Both the position numbers and the translations under genes were made by a program. Below are positions 45,441 to 59,370 of a stretch of DNA of 64,000 bases, in pieces. Position 1 is the stretch's first letter, and every line of letters begins with the position of its first letter. Origin of the DNA: Eledone cirrhosa (lineage: Eukaryota); NCBI GenBank assembly GCA_964016885.1, contig OZ024740.1:158534001-158598000 (forward strand). The letters run 5' to 3'. The notes beneath the pieces are model-generated. The model was given only the letters and a program-made list of their open reading frames with translations. It had not been told where the DNA came from and ran no database searches.

Positions 45441-45750
45441 GTTTGATAATAAAAAAAAAACGTAAACAAAACTTCATTTTTTTCTTATATTATATTATAA
45501 TATATTATTGAGAGTTGATTGACTTTCGTCAAATTGGACCAAGGAAACATTGTTTCCGTTGGTCTTTCCAATTGTTAATACTATCTATCGGTCGCAACTC
45601 CAGGTAGAAGGAGCAACGTGAAATAAAATGTCTTGCTCAAGGACATAACGCATCACCTGATCGCCTGAACTCACAACCCTTACAATTGCGAATCCAATTC
45701 TCTAACCACTCAGCCATGCACTTTATATTTTATATATATATATATATATA

Positions 45751-45807
<57 letters not shown>

Positions 45808-45812
<5 letters not shown>

Positions 45813-46413
45813 AATGTTCGGTAAACCCATACGTACATATATATATATATGTGTGTGCATGTATGTGTATATATACATACTACTGTACATCTGTATACAT
45901 ATATGTATGTACGTATGCATACATACTTACATTTAAGTATCAGCCGTGCTAAGTGTGAGAAATGAAATTTCATTTCATTCTTTTCCATTTAGCGTTTTCG
46001 GTGCGCCCGGCCGACTAACTCACTCGATATGCAAATTAGGCTGCTCAGCCGTTAATATGCATAAGGAAAGTATATACTTTCAGACGTTCAATCATCTGGC
46101 AGGAAGGTATACGATGCTGATGATAGCTAATAAGCTTGAAACTTGTACATCGTTCCTGTGTCAGTGTTGAACAAAAAGGTGACGATAGTTGCCTGAACAC
46201 TATAATGTTCGGTTTGTTTACAAACAAGCCGAACATTATAATAAATGTTCGGTAAACCCATACGTACGTACATATATATATGTGTGCTTGTATGTATATA
46301 TATACATACTACTGTACGTCTGTATACATATATGTATGTACGTATACATACTTACTTACATTTAAGTATCAGCCGTGCTAAGTGTGAGAAATGAAATTTC
46401 GTTTCATTCTTTT

Positions 46414-46416
<3 letters not shown>
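45808..46416 (+). mobile_element. Family A partial-tandem element
   Basis: 45808-45988 repeats at about 46238-46416; reverse complement of 2703-3220. Confidence 0.75.
46111..46153 (+). ncRNA. Minimal type I hammerhead ribozyme
   Basis: acgatg CTGATGA t agct-aata-agct t GAAA cttg TA catcgt; perfect 6-bp stem I. Confidence 0.88.
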
Positions 46417-46479
<63 letters not shown>

Positions 46480-48443
46480 ATATTTGGGGAGGGTCATATT
46501 TGCGTAATATTGCCAGAATTAATAACAGAACACACTCACTGTTTGGTTGGTTTTCGCTTCTCGCTGTCTTTTATATCTGCGATCTAACTTACTCGGTCCT
46601 CAATGTTGCCATTGACTGACCGCCGGTCAAAAATAATACAGATACAATATAGACATTTATATATATATATATATATATATACATACATACATACACACAC
46701 ACAAAAGCCAGAAACAGTTCTATGTGGGCAAGACATGGTCACCTGATCCAACTTGCCTTAAATGGGACAACCCATCTAACCCATGCTAGCATGGTAAAAT
46801 GGACGTTAAATTATGATGATATATATATATATAATCTGTTTAAATAATAATATTTGGTCTATGCTTGAATATGCATTTATGTATAATGATATAAATTTTA
46901 TTGAGTACTCCGTGGATTTTAGTCTTTTGAACATTGTGTATGTGTGTGAAATATATATAGGAATATAAAAACGTATTAAGCAAAAGATAATTCAATGCTG
47001 AATAGTAGAATAAAAAGGGAGAAATATTCATTACCGAATTGAAGTTTACAATAATGCACTCTTCCTGATTTTGTGGAATTAAATGGGAGTCTGGGGATGA
47101 AGGACACCAGATATGTCAATGGCAACTGGCACAGTGGTCAGTCAACTACTTCATTATTACTTGGTTATTCTGTCATTACATTATATCTACTAATTTTATC
47201 ATAACATTAGTGAGAGATGGGGAGAGTAGGAGAGACGGAAACGGTGACAGTGGGGGTTTGGTTCGATTTTGTTCATACCTGGTATATATGTATATATTTA
47301 TTTGCCAAACCACATTAATTGTAAGGTACATGTAGTGTATCATGTAATGATACACTACATGTACCTTAATTCACCTTTAATTTAAATTAAATTGACCAGC
47401 CATCAACAACTCCTCTCAGAATTGCTCTCTAATCCCCTCCCCACGGGTTCACTTGATAATGGATGGTAAATTCAAAAGTATTTGAGATGAATAAAATTGC
47501 TATAGTAAAATTCTACTGTTCTCACTTTTTTCTTATTCCTTTTCTCCTATTTTCTCTAATTCCTATTACCTTGGCACTTATCATCTCACACACATTGTCG
47601 GTCTTCCAAATATTTAAACTTATTTCCTAGTTAAATTTGTTCACATTTATATATTGCTTCTTAACTCTTTCATTGTCATATTTCTAATGAAAGACTGCTT
47701 ATGATTTTGAAATGATTTTGCAAATAATCAAGAAAATGGAAGGATTATTAAGCTGATATTTGGAGCATTACTTAACACAGGCAAAAAGGTTCTGTACAAT
47801 TTGAATTGTAGGTGTTCATTCTCATTGGCTGTTATTTTTCTGGTGTTTCTATCTCTCTGTGTACTGCAAGTTTTGATGCATGATATTTATATGTTTGAGA
47901 GAAAAACTAGTTACAAATGGAATCAGACGTAGTTTGCAAGAAAAAAGATTATGCTGGTATGGGGACCAAGAGAAATTTTGCAAGGCAGCACACGAGCACT
48001 TTGGGCCCCGAAGCAGGCAAATATTTTTCTCAAAATGGATGTTGCATGGTTGCTGTGGGGCCTTCTTAGCTCTTGGGCTCTGGAATAAAGTACCGACTGG
48101 AGCAACCCCCCCCCCTCTCATAGGACCTGTGTATGGGTGATGATTGTTAGGTGCCAAGTGTTCCCAGTGAAGGAAACTAGAGAAGAGGATGACTGAGGAA
48201 AACATGGGCAGAAGTGGATAGAGCTGATCACAGAATGTTGAACCTCACAGAGATGATGGTAATTAAATAGAACAAGTGGAAGGAAGCTGCACTGGAGAAA
48301 ACCTGTCCAATTCATGGAAGCAAGGAAATCTATCTGCCAAGTTGCCCGTGGAGAAAATGGCTGTAAAAATGATGATGTTGTGCCTGTCAAAAAGTATGTG
48401 TGTCTATGCATCTATATGTCAATGTCTTTCTTTGAGCAGTTTG

Positions 48444-48507
<64 letters not shown>

Positions 48508-50801
48508 ACTCTTATATGTGTACGGTATGTCTGTTCATGTATGTGCATTTGTATGTTTTGGGATGGTGTAGTGGTGTTTGCAATGTGAATTTATTTTGAA
48601 AACAAACTATTTTGTGGTGAAGGGAACAATAGTTTATTGAATAATTGTATATTCATTTTTTTTTTTAGAAATGCACAGGAAATTTTTGTATATGGGTTGC
48701 CACGCTAATGTTATTACTAATTAGGCATGTTATACTATTTGAAGAGGAAAGAGAAAATGAAATAATTACACATTTAGAACATTACAAAGGAAATTGGATA
48801 CAAAACTAGCAACACATATGTTTTTTTTTTTTTAAATAGCTTTGTATTGTTGAATGGAGATTTTTAGACAAACTACTAATTTATATACAGTCAAATGTTT
48901 TCTATAGCCTCTGCACCCCAGAAAGGCTATTGATCATGAAACTACAAAGCAAAATATTCAATAAGTACACAGAATTAGACTCTTAATTTCTTCATATTTG
49001 CAGGTACCTGCTTAAAAACACATCTCCTAATAGAACATATTTCCTTTTCATTTTCTCTTCAAATAATCTTTTATGCCTAATTAGTGCTGAAAAAATTGAG
49101 ACACTCATCTTCTCACGAGAGTCTGTGCAGTGCACTCTACATGTAAATGGAGTTCCACTGAAGCAAGTAGAGAGTTCAAGTATCTCGGAGTTGTGTTAAT
49201 GAGTGATGGAAGGTAGGAGGCTGAATTAAATGCAAGAACTGCAGGAGCTGGTGCAGTAATGCGCCAGCTTCAATACTCAGTAATTAGAAGAAGGGAGGTA
49301 GATGTAAAAGCCAAACTCGCTATCTTCAATTTAGTATTCATGCTAACCCTTACCTATGGTCATGAATCTTGGGTAATATGATTGCAAATACAAGCGATTA
49401 AATGGAGTTCCTCCAAAGGGTCTTTGGAGTAACGTTACTCAATAGAGTGTTTAGCTTGGAGATCAGAGAGTCACTCCAGGTAGAACTCTTACCTCTCAGA
49501 ATTGAGAGATCACAGCTCTGATACTATGGGCATGTGGTTAGAATGTCTTAGGAAAGAATTGCTAGACAGATTTTACAGGCAAAACCAACTGGCAGGAAAT
49601 CCAGGGGTAGACCCTGAGCATAATGGTTGGATAATATCCATGAGCTTGGCTGGTCTCACTTGGGGATCCAGCAAGATCAGTTGGAGATGGTTGCTTCTGA
49701 CTGGACCTGTATGAAGGATTGTTTGGGGACTCTACCCCCTCCCCCACAACCCTATCAAGAATAAGTGGTGGAAGAAGAATTAGTAGTAATAAAATAGGTA
49801 TCATAGTAGAGCCCCGTGGAAGGGGGATAAGCACAATTTTAACATGCAAAAATCCATTTTTTGCTTAATCATTTTCATGACAAAAAACATTTTTTCTGTG
49901 GACAATTATTTATCATTTGAAAGGTCTGAATGTGAACTTTCTTCTCATATATACTTTTGATCAAAATCTGACACTAACATATCATGCCAGACACCCTCAA
50001 TCACCTCGTATTTCCACACATTAATGATGTTTGTTCTGTTTTTGTTTTTGACTGTTGAACAGTAGCGCTATTTCTAGTTCAATTTGCTAAAGCACTATAA
50101 CTCGATTTGTGCTGAAAATAATAGTCATAAAGAGGACTTTCTTTGCTTTATTTTGATATAAAAATTGTTTGGGGTATGTCAGATAATCGTTTTGAAATAT
50201 AAAAGTGAAAATTTTATCATTAATTTTCACTTAGAAAAGAACATTTTCTTCAAAGAAAGAAACATTTAGCCTTAATAAAATGAATATTTAAACTCTACTT
50301 TGGTATTGAGTACTCTTTTCTCTCATCTGCCAACCACATATGGACATATGTATATATATATATATATGTATATATAATCACTTTTTTATCATCACAAACG
50401 CATATATATAATCTGAAGAATTATGAAATTGAAAGGAAAATTGAACAAAGAAAAAAATGGTGATAGAAGCTCCATTTCTCTTCTAACTTCCAAATATGAT
50501 TTATATACACTTGTTTACTTATAATTATAGATGTTATACTTATAATTATAGATGTTACATCCAAGATGGGCAGATGCAAATATAACTTGATTATGTTGTA
50601 ACATTCCTACATTTACTATTGCTACTCTTAACATAGGCGGCGAATTGGCAGAGTCATTAGAACAGCTCTCTGCCTTTATCCTTTCGAGGTCATTAAAAAA
50701 CATACCAGTCTAGTCCTGGGGTCGATTCTTTCTGTTTAATTCTCTCTCATATCCTCTCTCTCACTTTCTATCTTTCCCTGCAAGAAATTTGCTGTATTCA
50801 G

Positions 50802-50928
50802 GTCTGGAGAGGGGTGGGCTCCACCAGGCTTAAAATGCCCAAGAAATGGTGTATGTCAATATGGCGCCCCTACAACTCTATCAGGAGTTGCAGGACCACA
50901 CATACATACTCCTAACATAAACTTGCAG
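50802..50928 (+). CDS. Candidate coding exon of an unidentified host gene
   Basis: Polypyrimidine tract and AG upstream, TGCAG/gtttcc donor, open frame SGEGWAPPGLKCPRNGVCQYGAPTTLSGVAGPHIHTPNINLQ. Confidence 0.4.
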
Positions 50929-52584
50929 GTTTCCTTTGTTGCTGGTTCTTTAGTGCTGTTATTAAAAGGAATTTACCTCTCCAAATATAATTTTTGTCTA
51001 AATGATTACATATTTTAGGAAAGGATATGTTTTGGGAAATTTCAATTTTATTTTGATGTATCTACATCATTATCATCACCATGTCTGATTTTTTCCATGT
51101 TGGAATGAGTTGAATGAGACTGTTTACTAAAGCAGTATTCTGTGGCTGGGTACATTTCCTGATGCCAACTTTTACTTGTTTCTATTTTTTAAAGTAAGGT
51201 ACTGATCTTTGCATGTCAAACTGTTAGCAGCAGAACCTTTGTTTGCACAGATTGTAAACAAATATCACCGTCTGTGCTAGCCATGTTGAATGCAGAGGGA
51301 AGAGACAAGCAAACACACATGTGCACATATATCATCATCATCATTTTACATCTGCTTTTCCATGCCACCATGGGTTATATACTCACACATATACACATAA
51401 TAGGCTTCTGTCTAATAAACTCTTTCACAAGGCCAAGGCTATAGTAGAAGTAACTTTCCCAAAGTGATACATGGTGGGGAAGAACCAGAATCTGTTGTGC
51501 AGTGAGATGGAACGTGAAACCATGTGGTTATGGAATGAACGTTAAAAGCACATAGCCATGCCTGCACCTATATATATATATATATATATATATAATGAAT
51601 TTGACACTGAACAACACTTGCTAATATATTCCTATTCTGTCTAGTGGTTGGGTGGTCTGCAATTGAGTTATTCTTGATAAACACTTTTTTTCTTTTTTTT
51701 TTTTACAAAATATTTGATGAAATAACTATTTACAGGGCGAAATGTAGGGTGTAAAGCCAGGACCTTGTGAATGGAAGCAGATTAAAGGAAATGTTGGTTG
51801 TGTGTATTCCTTACTGTCAACATATTCCAAATATTTTTTAGTACACTTTAGTCAATAATTTACATGCCACTCTGCACTATTTAAATATGGAGGCACAAGA
51901 GAGGATTGCTGGAATCGAGCATTAATTCCTAGAAAGGATGTCTTTTTTACATTATTTTATAGCAAAGATGGCTTTTGAGATTCATCACAATCATTGTTTT
52001 ATATGCACCTTTGCATTGTTGGGTGTTATATTTTTGAGGAAGATTTTTTTTTCTATGGCTAATATCTTCTACCTAACATCAATCCATACTATATTTTAAG
52101 TATAGAATATACGAATTACCTCTGTCATACCATATGCAGTGGGACATTAACAAATTTCACATGCCCACATATCCACACAGATATCATCATCATCATCACC
52201 GTTTTACGTCCGTTCTTCCACGCTAGCATGGGTTAGACGGGTTGTCCTGTTGTGGGCAGTGTCTGGTCGGCTGACCATGCCTTGCTCATACAGGAACTGC
52301 TCTAGCTTGATTTCTACAGCTGGATGCCCTTCCTAACACCAACCTCATTTACAGTGAGTGCTGGGTGCTTTTTCGTGGCGCCTACACGTCCACTTTACAG
52401 TGTGGGCTGGGTGCTTTTTTGCCGTGGCACCTCCACGACCACCTTGTGGTGGGGGGAGTGGGGGCATATTGTTTATATATATATATATATATATACAGTA
52501 TGTATATTGTTTATATATATATATTGTTTATATATATATATATACAGTATGCATATTGTTTATATATATATATATACAGTATGT

Positions 52585-52910
52585 ATATAACAGCAATGTT
52601 GCATGGTAGTGAGGCCTGGGCGCTGTTTGCAGAGGACCTGTGAAGATTGGAAAGAAATGAAACTTCCATGCTTTGATGGATATGTAATAGTAATATGCAT
52701 GAACTGCAAAAGCATAAATGCACTGAGAGAGAAACTAGACATAAGAAGGATCAGATGCTGTGTGCAAGAGAGGCGATTGCATTGGTATGGACATGTGATG
52801 TAAATGAAGGTTGGCTTTTGTGTAAAAAGGTGCACAGTGCTCACAGTTGATGGAAGCTATGCATTAGGAAGACCTAGGATGACTTCGGATGATGTGATAA
52901 AAACTGACCC
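52585..52910 (+). mobile_element. Degenerate RTE C-terminal fragment
   Basis: AMLHGSEAWAL...RRLHWYGHVM. Confidence 0.8.
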
Positions 52911-53102
52911 AGAAACCTATCGAAGATATTTGTTGATTCATATTTATTGAGAAGGTTCAGGTTTGTCTTACGACCTGTTTGTATATATTGTTGTATATAT
53001 CGCTTTATTCATGGTGTCACTATTCTTTAACTTTTTATGTTCACTCTGAGTAGAAATTTATCAATTACTCACTCATTGAGTGCTTCGTGACAGCCTCTGA
53101 TA

Positions 53103-53149
53103 ATTCTATTGTTCATCTGCTATTGTACAGCTGCAACTTCGGTTATACG

Positions 53150-53211
<62 letters not shown>

Positions 53212-53258
53212 CGTATAACCGAAGTTGCAGCTGTACAATAGCAGATGAACAATAGAAT
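53103..53258. repeat. Perfect ~50-bp inverted repeat centred on a (TA)n run
   Basis: attctattgttcatc...tatacgcttta (TA)n taaagcgtata...gatgaacaatagaat. Confidence 0.9.
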
Positions 53259-53459
53259 CCGTCTAACCCATGCTAGCGTGGAAGAACGGACGTAAAACGG
53301 TGATGATGATGATGATGATATATAATATAATATATATATACACAAGATGGCTAACTGAACATGCACATGTTTTTTTCTCCCAAATTTCTTTTCTAATTTT
53401 CCCCACCCCTTCCTCTCATCACTCTTTACTTTCTATTTATCTTCTATTTCTAACTCTAC

Positions 53460-53493
53460 CTTCTGATGAAGGACTAGTGTCCGAAACATTAAG
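53460..53493 (+). ncRNA. Candidate minimal hammerhead
   Basis: ctt CTGATGA a ggac-tagt-gtcc GAAA catt aag; stems I and III are weak. Confidence 0.5.
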
Positions 53494-54029
53494 ACTCTCT
53501 TCCTGCTATTTCAGTCATTAAACTAATATATTTCTTCGAAGTAGTGTGCCATTTGTTATTTCTACACACACACACAATGTGTCCCAAAAATGTATACACA
53601 CTTTGATTACCTGTACAGGCAATATTTATTAGAATGCTGTTGAAGTATGTATACATTTTTGGGGACACCCTGTGTGTGTGTGCGGGGTATATATATATAT
53701 ATATATATATATACATACCCACATTGTATAATACATATACAAAACATTTTTTAACGACAGAACATAGTTTATGTGTGTGTGCACCTCTAACATACCACAA
53801 TAGTGACTTCAATACACTGGTATGTTATTTTACCAGTATAATTTGCTACAGGAACAGTCTAACAAGCTCCCAAACTACTTCTCATCTACATATTCTTCTA
53901 CACATTCAAACATTTCAAATTACACAGGACACGCACAAACACACATCTACACATGCATACAGCATATGTGTTTGTGTGTGTATGCATGCATATGTATATA
54001 TTTATATACCACATAAACATACACATGTC

Positions 54030-54079
<50 letters not shown>

Positions 54080-54467
54080 ATGCTTGAATTCGGGCAAGTG
54101 TATAATTTACATTTTTGTTTAAAATATGTCGATACATTATGTGATGGAACAACATAGTGTGCTTAATAATTGTTTCTACTTTTGGCACAAGGCCAAATAA
54201 TAGTAGTCTAGCCTAGTACACTTGGAAAAAATATGGTGTATATATATATATATATACACATTCACACACGCACGCGCGCGCGCACACACACACGCACACA
54301 CACACACACACACCCACACCCACACCCACACCCACACCCACACACACACCCACACACCCACACACACAGTGTCCTCCAAAAATGTATACACACTTTGATT
54401 ACTTCTACAGGCAATATTTAGTAGAATGCTGTGATGTGTGTATACATTTTTTGGGACACCCTGTATG

Positions 54468-54497
<30 letters not shown>

Positions 54498-54504
<7 letters not shown>

Positions 54505-54843
54505 AAATCAAAAGATGGTTAAAAGAGTTCCATGTATTTTATTATGCGCATTTAAAAAACAAATATCTGCATGGGATGATATTTGCGTTCTCATCAGATA
54601 AAATAGGGAGACATGATATGAAGCTTAAAAAACACTTGCGAGCAGTGAAGTGTTAAATCAACATAAATCAACATATGTTGATTTAACACTTCACTGCTCG
54701 CAAGTGTTTTTTAAGCTTCATATCATGTCTCCCTATTTTATCTGATGAGAACGCAAATATCATCCCATGCAGATATTTGTTTTTTAAATGCGCATAATAA
54801 AATACATGGAACTCTTTTAACCATCTTTTGATTTTATATTATT
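54498..54843. mobile_element. Near-perfect ~165-bp-arm palindrome; each arm carries an HHR with GAAA changed to TAAA
   Basis: 54735-54803: attttat CTGATGA gaacgcaaatatc...gatatttgttttt TAAA tgcgca TA ataaaat; mirrored at 54536-54604. Confidence 0.8.
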
Positions 54844-55151
54844 TATACTCCAGTCCTATAAACTGTTGAGTGCTACTTATCCGATATTTGCATTGCTTTA
54901 TTGTGCTACAATAAAACTCACCTATATATATATATATATATATAATCATCATCATCGTTTCACTGTCCACTTTCCCTACTAGCAAGGGTTGGATGGGTTT
55001 ATGTAGTCAGTACTGAAGTGGGGCTACTGATCTCCCAGACAAGCCATGGATCTGCATCACACTTTTGTACGATTTCACATTCTATTGAATGCACAGTAGA
55101 TGTTGTCATGTCTTTGACACAACTAAATATATATATATATATATATATATA

Positions 55152-57300
55152 TCATCATCATCATTTTACGTCCACTGATCCCTGCTTGCAAGGGTGGGAC
55201 GGGTCATATTCAGCACAGCATCTCTCAACTTGTCACGGTCCTTCGTCATCTCCTCCGTGAGTTTCAGCGATCTGAGCTCTGCTCTCACCACCCCCGCCCA
55301 TGTTTTTCCTGGTCTTCCTCTACTCCGTCTTCCTTCTAGTAGGATTTCTTGGCATTTCTTTACCCAGCAGTCATCCTCCATGCGCATCACATGTCCAAAC
55401 CATCTCAGTCTTCTCTCCTGCACACCACAACTTATCCCTCTTACACAGTTTCTTTCTCAACCCATCTATGCTTGGCCGTTCACGCACAGACATTGCACAT
55501 CCAACGGAGCATGCTTGCTTCATTTCTCTCCAGGTGTTGCATATCCTCTGCAGTTGCTGCCCATGTCTCACTACCATGCAGCATCGCGCATCTCACACAG
55601 GCATCATATAACCATCCTTTCGTACGCAGGGAGAAACTCTTCTTTTTCAACAGAGGAAGCAGCTCCCTAAACTTCTTCCAACCCGTCCTTATTCTAGATA
55701 CTATGGCCTCGGAACACTTCCTCCCATGCTAATCTGATCACCTAGGTACCGGAAGCTATCAACCACTTCTATAGAACCCACCTGCATTGGAAAAATGTGT
55801 CTATCACTGTGATTACTACTGCCAACTTTCCCTCTACATCTACTGCATACGTAGTTTTCCGTACCAGTTAGTTTGCCTGTTATCCCACTACATCTCATGT
55901 GTACCCAAGATCTGCATTGCGTACATTTTATGGAATTTATGCCAGTTCCTTTTCTACATATCAAACATGACCATTTCCCTGATAGAATCAGAGTATTGTC
56001 CTCTCTTCCTCTTATCAACACTTTTATCTTAGCTATGTTCACTCTCAGTCCTCTTGATTCCAACTGCTGTTTCCATAGCCAGAATTTATTCTCTAGCTCC
56101 TCTACTGATTCTGCTATAAGAACCAGATCATCAGCATAGAGAAGTTCCCATGGGCATCCAGTCTTAAACTCCTCTGTTATGGCTTGGAGGACTATAATGA
56201 ACAAGAGTGGGTTGAGGACTTACTTGTATCTGGAATTCCTCACTAAACTCCATTCCTACTCTCACTTTACTGACAGCATCTCTGTACATAGCTGTCCTCA
56301 CAAGCCATTCCTCTACACCTAGTTTCCTTAGGGACTACCAGATGACAGATGGGGGTACCCTATCAAAGGCCTTCTCTAGGTTAACAAAAGCTAAGTATAG
56401 TGGCTTATTCTTCTCTAAGAACCTCTCTTGTACTTTTCCGAGGCACAAAACCAAACTGCATCTCATCTCATTTGACCCTTTCTCTAATCAGTTGTGCTAA
56501 TATTCTCTCTGCCACTTTCATAACCTGATCCATCAGCTTTATGCCCCTATAATTGCTCCTCTCCAGAGCATCCCCTTTACCTTTGTAGCAATTTATGAGA
56601 ATACTGCTGCGCCAGTCTTTGGGTATGACACCACCATATATAGCTTGATTGATGATGTGTGCAACCAGTTTAGTGCCAACTTCTCCTGATCCTTCAGCAT
56701 CTCAGCAACTATCCCCAATGGTCCAGCAGCCTTACCATTCTTCATTTCCTTAATTGCCTCTTGTACCCTATATTTGTCAATCTCAATAGCTGGTCCCTCT
56801 GTCGGATCTACTGGGGGTAATTTCTCTCTCTTCCATTCATTCTCCACATTCATCAGTCTTTCATAATGACATTTCCAGGCCTCCTTTTTTGATCATTTGT
56901 ATCACTAAGTACACCGGCATCATTCCGAACACACTTATCTCCAACACCATCTTGATTTGCACTGACACACTGCCTTGCAATGCGGAACATCGCACGTCTC
57001 TGATCTTCCCGTTGCAGAACATTGGCAAACCTCCTACTCTCAGCCTCCCTGCATGCTACACCTGACATCTAGCTTCTCTCCTAGCAGCTGTGTATCCTTC
57101 TCTACTCCCACCATTTTTCCAAGCGTTCCATGCCAGTCTTTTGTCTCTAATGGCCCTATCTTCTGTGCTGTTCCACCACCAGGTCACTCCCTGTCTTGTT
57201 GAAGCTCTACCCCAGCCACAAGTTTCTTCAGTATCCTGCAGTAAGTTGTCACGTAAGAAATTCCAGTTATCATCTATGTCATACCATTCTAAATTGTCTT
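55152..57300 (-). mobile_element. Older, frameshifted RTE of a related subfamily
   Basis: ORFs 55701-56204 (YADD, PHD-like), 56593-57068 and 55166-55423; (CAT)n tail. Confidence 0.9.
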
Positions 57301-57589
57301 CTTTATATATATATATATATTAAAGGTATATTTTGAGTTAGGAACTCAAAATAGCAAAATAGTCTCTTACAACAAAATAGCTCTAAGAAAGAGATATTTC
57401 TGAGCCGTATATTATAATAGAATATAAAAGAAAAAACAAACACAGATATATATATATATGTGTTCAAATCGTAAGGGACCTGATTCGCTAAGGTGAAAAG
57501 AATACTAACTATAGACAATTGGGTTCGCTTGTCTCAATTTAAGAAAAAATTAAGAAAATAAATGCAAACCGGAATTGTGGTAACTACCA

Positions 57590-57661
57590 ATCACCCAGAC
57601 AACTTGTTTCGCAAAGTTAATTGTGAATAGATATACTAATCCAAGCTCATCAGTGGGTGAT
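57590..57661 (-). ncRNA. Type I hammerhead ribozyme
   Basis: atcaccca CTGATGA gc...gc GAAA caa-g-ttg TC tgggtgat; 8-bp stem I, GUC triplet. Confidence 0.85.
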
Positions 57662-57699
57662 GAATTAGTATCCTAGACACATCTATGTATGCTATATAT

Positions 57700-57885
57700 A
57701 AAATATAAAACAGCGCACATGGCATCCTAGCGAGTCTCACAAACCCACACCACTAAAAATAGCAACCAGGTTTACTCGACATTTGAAATAGCTCAACAAA
57801 TTTACGGAGTAAACCTGGCTGCTATTTTTAGTGGTGTGGGTTTGTGAGACTCGCTAGGATGCCATGTGCGCTGTTTTATATTTTT
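57700..57885. repeat. About 78-bp-arm inverted repeat adjoining the HHR element
   Basis: 57700-57777 is the reverse complement of 57807-57885. Confidence 0.9.
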
Positions 57886-58094
57886 CGTAATTTTCCTCTC
57901 TTTACGTTGCTTCACCCTTTGTGTCTGTTTACATGTTTTTCTCCCCACCCCTTCTTTTATCCCAATAACTTATTTTAGTTATTGTTTCGCCCTAGGCTGA
58001 GGTATATTGTCTCTAACGCAAAGAAATACCTATGATTCCTAGTAGACAACTGATGATGGATTCTCCTCTCTTTCGCCCGTAACTTTATTTTCCA

Positions 58095-58270
58095 TTGGTG
58101 GATTGGCAGTATCGGCAGAGGGTCGGACACCATGCTTTGCAGCATAGTTACGTCCCTTTATGATCTGAGTTCAAATCCCGCCGAGGTTAACTTTGCCTTT
58201 CATCCTTTCGGGGTTGATAAAATAAAGTACCAGTAATGCTCTGGCCTTGTGCCAAAAGTAGAAACAATTA
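58095..58270 (+). mobile_element. tRNA-derived SINE
   Basis: A-box-like TGGCAGTATCGG, B-box GAGTTCAAATCC, conserved core. Confidence 0.88.
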
Positions 58271-58343
58271 TATATATGTATGTGTATGTATATGCATATA
58301 TATATATATATGTATATGCATATATATATATATATGTATATGC

Positions 58344-58380
<37 letters not shown>

Positions 58381-58746
58381 TATAACGTATATGCATATAT
58401 ATATATGTATATGCATATATATATATGTATATGCATATATATATGTATATGCATATACATATATATATGCATATATATATATATATATGTATATGCATAT
58501 ATATATATATATATGTATATGCATATATATATGTATATGCATATATATATGTATATGCAGATATGCATATATATATGTATATGCATATATATATGTATAT
58601 GTATATGCATATATATATGTATATGTATATGCATATATATATGTATATGTATATGTATATATATATGTATATGTATATATATATGTATATGTATATATAT
58701 ATGTATATGTATATATATATGTATATGTATATATATATGTATATGC

Positions 58747-58805
<59 letters not shown>

Positions 58806-59068
58806 TATATGTATATGCATATATATGTATATGTATATATATATGTATATGTATATGCATATATATGTATATGCATATATATATATATATATGCATATGT
58901 ATGTATATATATATATGTATATGCATATATATGTATATGTATATGCATATATATGTATATGCATATATATGTATATGCATATATATGTATATGTATATGC
59001 ATATATATGTATATGTATATGCATATGCATATATATGTATATGTATATGCATATATATGTATATGTAT

Positions 59069-59127
<59 letters not shown>

Positions 59128-59151
59128 TATATGTATATGTATATATATATG

Positions 59152-59182
<31 letters not shown>

Positions 59183-59370
59183 GCATATATATGTATATGT
59201 ATATGTATATGTATATATATATGTATATGCATATATATGTATATGCATATATATATATATATGTATTTGCATATGTATGTATATATATATATGTATATGC
59301 ATATATATGTATATGTATATGCATATATATGTATATGTATATGCATATATATATGTATATGCATATATAT
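58270..59370. repeat. (TA)n array with TATG/TGCA interruptions
   Basis: Direct; a similar array lies at 62427-62986. Confidence 0.98.
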
